From NCBI GenBank assembly GCA_029246105.1, contig JAQWOA010000027.1, forward strand, positions 3,056 to 67,055: a DNA stretch of 64,000 nucleotides. The letters are read 5' to 3'. This DNA is from Woeseiaceae bacterium (GTDB lineage: Bacteria; Pseudomonadota; Gammaproteobacteria; Steroidobacterales; Woeseiaceae). Position numbers and translations under genes: made by a program. Within the stretch, counting starts at the first letter, position 1. Each line of letters starts with the position of its first letter. Below are positions 59,537 to 64,000 of this stretch, piece by piece. A model generated the notes under the pieces. It was given only the letters and a program-made list of their open reading frames with translations. It made no database searches and was not told the DNA's origin.

Positions 59537-60910
59537 ATGGAGTGGGTCGCTGCCTTACTGTTCATTACCGCTATTATCGTATTACTCGCTGGTTTTCCTG
59601 TCGCCTTTACACTCGGTGGGACCGCGCTAATTTTCGCCGGACTTGGTGTGATTGGTGGCAGCTTTAACGAAGCACTATTATCCAGCCTACCAAATCGCAT
59701 CTTCGGCATCATGACTAACCAGACGCTGGTCGCTGTTCCACTTTTTATATTTATGGGTATTACGCTTGAGCGGGCACATATAGCAGAGGAATTACTTGAA
59801 ACGCTGAGTTCTCTTTTTGGTTCATTACGCGGTGGATTAGGCATCTCAATTACACTCGTTGGCATGCTGCTAGCAGCAAGTACCGGAATTGTTGGAGCTA
59901 CAGTCGTAACGATGGGTCTACTATCATTACCGACCATGCTGAAGCGAGGTTATTCACCTGAAATTTCGGCTGGAACCATCTGCGCATCGGGTACGCTTGG
60001 ACAAATTATTCCACCGTCAATCATTTTGGTAATGCTTGGCGACGTTATGACAACAGCTTATCAGCAAGCGCAACTTGATATGGGTATCTTTTCGCCGAAG
60101 ACGATCTCTGTTGGCGATCTGTTTGCAGGCGCATTAATACCGGGCCTACTACTTGTCTGTCTCTACATCCTCTATATTCTTATTCTTGCACATTTCAAGC
60201 CAAACAAGATGCCCGCTCATCACCGGGAGCCAGACGAAATCGTCTCTGCTGGGCAAATAATTTACGCTCTAATGCCGCCATTATTTTTGATCTTTGGTGT
60301 TTTAGGGTCAATTCTCGGTGGATATGCAACGCCAACAGAAGCGGCTGGTGTTGGTGGTATGGGCGCCTTGTTAATGGCAATCGGTCGCCATCAACTTAAT
60401 CTCATGCGGTTACAGGAAATCATGAGAAGTACGCTGCGCATCAGCAGTATGGTTTTTCTGATATTAATTGGTGCGTCTATATTTTCCTTGGTATTTCGTG
60501 GCTATGGCGGTGATGATGGTGTACGTGCCTTACTTGAATCAATTCCCGGCGGCATGATTGGTGCTGTCTTCGCTGTAATGCTAATTATGTTCCTACTAGG
60601 TTTCGTTCTCGACTTTATCGAAATTACTTTTGTCGTTGTACCTATCGTAGCTCCCGTCTTATTAGCGATGGGCCTTGACCCGGTCTGGCTCGGCATCGTA
60701 ATTGCCATCAACCTGCAAACTTCATTCCTAACGCCACCTTTCGGATTTGCTCTGTTTTATCTTCGTGGTGTCGCCCCCCCAACAATCACCACTACTCAGA
60801 TTTATCGTGGCGTCATTCCGTTCGTTGTTATTCAGCTTTTTGCTTTAGTGCTTATTGCAATATTCCCAGAACTTGTAACCTGGCTGCCAGAACAAATTTA
60901 CGGTAGCTAG
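59537..60910 (+). CDS. TRAP transporter large permease subunit (DctM family)
   Basis: The 457-aa polytopic protein has DctM-like segments (FMGITLE, GTLGQIIPPS, PPFGFALFYLRG). Confidence 0.85.
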   Translation: MEWVAALLFITAIIVLLAGFPVAFTLGGTALIFAGLGVIGGSFNEALLSSLPNRIFGIMTNQTLVAVPLFIFMGITLERAHIAEELLETLSSLFGSLRGGLGISITLVGMLLAASTGIVGATVVTMGLLSLPTMLKRGYSPEISAGTICASGTLGQIIPPSIILVMLGDVMTTAYQQAQLDMGIFSPKTISVGDLFAGALIPGLLLVCLYILYILILAHFKPNKMPAHHREPDEIVSAGQIIYALMPPLFLIFGVLGSILGGYATPTEAAGVGGMGALLMAIGRHQLNLMRLQEIMRSTLRISSMVFLILIGASIFSLVFRGYGGDDGVRALLESIPGGMIGAVFAVMLIMFLLGFVLDFIEITFVVVPIVAPVLLAMGLDPVWLGIVIAINLQTSFLTPPFGFALFYLRGVAPPTITTTQIYRGVIPFVVIQLFALVLIAIFPELVTWLPEQIYGS

Positions 60911-60959
60911 TCTAAATTGACATGTATACTTCTGTTACTAATCAAACAAACTGAATGAA

Positions 60960-62054
60960 TTATTTTTTACGAGTATTCAAAAACGCTCGTTCAGAAATGT
61001 TCGAGTTGGCTTCTACCTTGGCTAGATATTCATAAAATGCCTCTCCGATTTTGCTAGAAGAAGGATCTGATTCCATTAATTCAGCGACAACCTCAGAAGT
61101 TATCACCTTCAAATGCTGTAAAACCTCTTCTGGAAAAGGCCGCAATTGAATATTCTCGTCTGCCAAAATTTGTTGCAGGGAGTTAGCATTACCATTTGTG
61201 TACTCAGCAGCCATATCGGTAGTAATTGACTGGCAAGTTATTTCTACAATAGCTTGCAGATCAGTGGGCAAAGAATTCCACGCATCTTGATTAATTATGC
61301 ATTCGAGACCAGGACCTGGCTCTTGCCAGCCAGGATAATAGTAATATCTAGCCGCTTTATGTAAACCAAATGACAAATCATTGTATGGACCAACCCACTC
61401 AGTCGCGTCAATCGCACCAGTTTGCAAAGAGGTAAAGATTTCTGATCCAGGCAGAGTGATAGGTGTACCACCGGCACGACGCAAAACCTCACCACCAAGA
61501 CCCGGAATTCTCATCTTCAAACCCTTGAGGTCATCAATACTATTGATTTCCTTATTAAACCAACCACCCATTTGGACAGAGGTATTACCACACAAGAATG
61601 GCACAAGATTAAACGGCTCATAAAGTTCGCGCCAAAGCTTAAGGCCACCGCCATAGTGAACCCAAGCATTAAGCTCCATATTATTTAAACCAAAAGGAAT
61701 CGCACAAAAAAACTGAGCGGCATCTACCTTGCCCTTGTGATAGTAAGGAGCATTATGACCCATCTCCACAGCACCGCGGCTAACAGCATCAAAAACCTCA
61801 AATGGGGGAACCAATTCACCCCCGCTGTATATTTTTATTTTCATGCGGCCAGCTGATGCTCGCTCGATACGTTCTGCTAAATTCTCAACCGCCATTCCGA
61901 GGCCGGGAAACCTAGAAGGCCATGATGTTACACAAGACCACTCGAATGTCTCTACGGGAACGCCAACCTTCAAGTCACATTCATTCTCAGGTTTCGCGCA
62001 ACCAGTCAAACCTGCTGCTACGGCAATACCGCCAACAAAGTCTCTTCTTTTCAT
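60960..62054 (-). CDS. TRAP transporter substrate-binding protein (DctP family) with a Tat motif and lipobox
   Basis: The size and sequence resemble DctP-type binding proteins. The N-terminus MKRRDFVGGIAVAAGLTGC combines an RR motif with an L-T-G-C lipobox. It is convergent with dctQM. Confidence 0.8.
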   Translation of the reverse strand: MKRRDFVGGIAVAAGLTGCAKPENECDLKVGVPVETFEWSCVTSWPSRFPGLGMAVENLAERIERASAGRMKIKIYSGGELVPPFEVFDAVSRGAVEMGHNAPYYHKGKVDAAQFFCAIPFGLNNMELNAWVHYGGGLKLWRELYEPFNLVPFLCGNTSVQMGGWFNKEINSIDDLKGLKMRIPGLGGEVLRRAGGTPITLPGSEIFTSLQTGAIDATEWVGPYNDLSFGLHKAARYYYYPGWQEPGPGLECIINQDAWNSLPTDLQAIVEITCQSITTDMAAEYTNGNANSLQQILADENIQLRPFPEEVLQHLKVITSEVVAELMESDPSSSKIGEAFYEYLAKVEANSNISERAFLNTRKK

Positions 62055-62447
62055 TTTAATTTCAGCCCTTGAGGTTGACCGCTAGTCTATGCGTACCTGA
62101 AGTGGTACTCAATGGTCAATAAGCAATATATCGACCACAATAGTGGGAATATTTTCAGTAAATTTTATCCCACTTTTAATATATTATTAAAATAATTTAG
62201 ATAAAAATTTCCACAAAAAACTAAAATAAAGGCATTATTAATAATAAATTCTCCTCTTTGACCCATATAATAGTTTTAAATTCTTTTTATCATCCTCTAT
62301 AATCCTTTAAATAAGTAATTTTTAAACGTATCTACCCACCAAATACTTAATTAAGTTTCTAAAAAAGTCATTTCGAGGTTGCTATTTATTTACACTTGAT
62401 ACATCAATAACGACTTTAAAAAAACCAAAGGTTTGTTTGAAGCAGAA

Positions 62448-62885
62448 ATGATAGGACTTCTACAACGTGTTACCCAAGCTAGTGTCAGCATAAATGATGA
62501 ACTTATTGGGAAGATCGACCGAGGCTTGCTCGTTTTGTTGGCGGTTCATCGCGATGATGAGAAGCAGAGCATCATTCGCATGGCCGAGAGAATTTTATCC
62601 TATAGGGTATTTCCGGACGCCGAGGACCGTATGAACCTTAGCGTCAGTGACATTTCTGGTGAACTGCTACTTGTGCCACAATTCACCCTTATCGCGGATA
62701 CTAAGAAAGGTACCCGACCAAGCTTCACTAAAAGTGCCCCACCCGACAGATCATCAGACTATTTCGATATACTGCTCAGAGAATGTAAAAAAAGCCTGAA
62801 AGTGGTTGAAAGTGGTCGGTTCGCAGCTAACATGAAGGTTAGTCTCGTTAATGATGGTCCAGTGACGTTTTGGCTTGAAACCTAG
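62448..62885 (+). CDS. dtd: D-aminoacyl-tRNA deacylase
   Basis: MIGLLQRV is the typical Dtd N-terminus. SQFTL-type (PQFTLIAD) and NDGPVTF motifs are present. I chose ATG at 62448 over the TTG at 62433. Confidence 0.9.
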   Translation: MIGLLQRVTQASVSINDELIGKIDRGLLVLLAVHRDDEKQSIIRMAERILSYRVFPDAEDRMNLSVSDISGELLLVPQFTLIADTKKGTRPSFTKSAPPDRSSDYFDILLRECKKSLKVVESGRFAANMKVSLVNDGPVTFWLET

Positions 62886-63004
62886 AAAAAAACTAACATC
62901 AGTACGGTTTTGTTGCAACCCGAGGCATATCATGAACATAATTATGCTCGGCATTTGCCAGCACCACTTATGAAAACAGGGGCTATACCCCCAGGAGTTA
63001 TATA

Positions 63005-63238
63005 ATGAGTCTTGCCAATATTGGTCCGATGCAGTTATTGATCATTTTACTTATCGTGTTGGCTATATTCGGCACTAAGAAGCTCAGCACATTAGGCTCC
63101 GATCTTGGCAAATCCGTTAAAGGTTTTCGCAGCGCAATGAAAGAAGCCGAAGAAACCACTGAAAAACTTGGGGAAACCTCAGACGCTGACTTTGATAACA
63201 CGTCAGCAGAAGAAGCTCGCAAGAATAAAGACATCTAA
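63005..63238 (+). CDS. tatA: Sec-independent protein translocase TatA
   Basis: The sequence reads [35 protein letters not shown] Shine-Dalgarno sits 7 nt upstream. Confidence 0.9.
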   Translation: MSLANIGPMQLLIILLIVLAIFGTKKLSTLGSDLGKSVKGFRSAMKEAEETTEKLGETSDADFDNTSAEEARKNKDI

Positions 63239-63252
63239 AGCGCTTTTAAGCC

Positions 63253-63564
63253 ATGTCTGGAATCGGTGGGTCAGAGTTTTTCCTTCTGTGTTTAATCGCG
63301 CTCCTTATACTGGGGCCTGAACGGCTTCCACGCTTTGCCAACCAACTCGGTAGATGGATCGGAAAAGCTCGCCAAATGACGCGCTCGCTGCAACAGCAAC
63401 TTGAGCAAGAAGTCGACGTAAAGAAAAACTTCGGTATCAACCCAAAAGATATTGATCCCAACGAAATGCTCAAACCACTCGAGAAAGATACTTTCTCACA
63501 ATCACATGAAAAAAAAGGTGATGACAAAGCTGAGAAAACCCATGGCAATAAGAAGATCTCATGA
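63253..63564 (+). CDS. tatB: Sec-independent protein translocase TatB
   Basis: The sequence reads FFLLCLIALLILGPERLP..LGRWIGKAR. Confidence 0.85.
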   Translation: MSGIGGSEFFLLCLIALLILGPERLPRFANQLGRWIGKARQMTRSLQQQLEQEVDVKKNFGINPKDIDPNEMLKPLEKDTFSQSHEKKGDDKAEKTHGNKKIS

Positions 63565-64000
63565 CAGAAGAGACTAAAAAAACTGAGGGGCTCGCAGAGG
63601 GTTCATTAATGTCACATCTCTTCGAGCTCAGAAACCGACTGTTCATCATTATCGGTAGCGTTTTTGGTGTATTCATTTGTCTCATTCCATTTTCGCAACA
63701 ACTATTAACATTCGCAGCAGAACCATTGACACAATTCATTGCAAGCGAAAAACTACAAGCTATTAAACCAATTTCACCATTAACTGCTCAAATCTATTTA
63801 GCATTCTATACCGCTTTATTTATCGCAATGCCAATCGTTCTATATCAGATTTGGGCATTCGTGGCGCCTGGTCTTTACCGAAATGAAAAGCGCTTCGCAT
63901 CACCGCTTTTCATTTCGAGTATTCTATTATTTTATGCTGGTTTAGCATTTGCCTACTTTGTAGTATTACCACTGATTTTTGGCTTCATCGCTTCGTTTGC
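63561..64000 (+). CDS. tatC: Sec-independent protein translocase TatC (3' end lies outside the window)
   Basis: The ATG at 63561 overlaps the tatB stop (ATGA). The translation MTEETKK..SLMSHLFELRNRL...WAFVAPGLYRNEKR is TatC-like. It is absent from the ORF track because the frame runs off the window. Confidence 0.85.
   Translation, partial: MTEETKKTEGLAEGSLMSHLFELRNRLFIIIGSVFGVFICLIPFSQQLLTFAAEPLTQFIASEKLQAIKPISPLTAQIYLAFYTALFIAMPIVLYQIWAFVAPGLYRNEKRFASPLFISSILLFYAGLAFAYFVVLPLIFGFIASF

Noticed and set aside
62970-63005. An 11-codon upstream [14 protein letters not shown], whose TAA stop overlaps the tatA ATG (TAATG). It contains a PPG motif, which can stall ribosomes in an EF-P-dependent way.
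   Set aside because: It has no Shine-Dalgarno of its own. The CCCCCAGGAG that encodes PPG is simply the tatA ribosome-binding site. An ORF this short is expected by chance. It would only be worth revisiting if ribosome profiling shows occupancy there.

Overview
This window is a densely packed, mostly housekeeping chromosomal segment. Its gene order looks gammaproteobacterial: mutY-yggX, tesA<>ybbA-ybbP, aroK-aroB, rph<>yicC-gmk-rpoZ-spoT-ridA-recG and tatABC. About 65 protein genes are supported. Many neighbours overlap by 1-20 nt or sit 0-1 nt apart, which suggests a streamlined genome. The window holds one tRNA-Phe(GAA) and a complete, unfused trpEGDCFBA operon. I found no CRISPR array, transposase, integrase, prophage genes or recognisable defence system, so I do not claim a clear new system here. 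The best-supported finding missing from the ORF track is a 20-codon trp leader peptide with three tandem Trp codons, followed by a strong intrinsic terminator just upstream of trpE. The most unusual non-coding signal is a three-box DnaA-box cluster, with one box opposed to two, next to an AT-rich spacer upstream of rpmE. The first ~8.2 kb ends at the 3' end of tRNA-Phe and looks accessory. It encodes exported proteins: a Tat-signal nicotinamidase, ThuA, a 7-blade RCC1 propeller with two conserved Cys per blade, and a yjbQ-sialidase-blc-SDR-unknown operon. Weaker observations are a degenerate nucleotidyltransferase-like protein after ponA, an SCO-like CxxxC protein between SURF1 and ctaB, overlapping divergent tesA/ybbA start codons, and a trkAH-dctQM fusion with a convergent Tat/lipobox dctP. 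All calls rest on reading the sequence and recalling protein families. No searches or computations were run.
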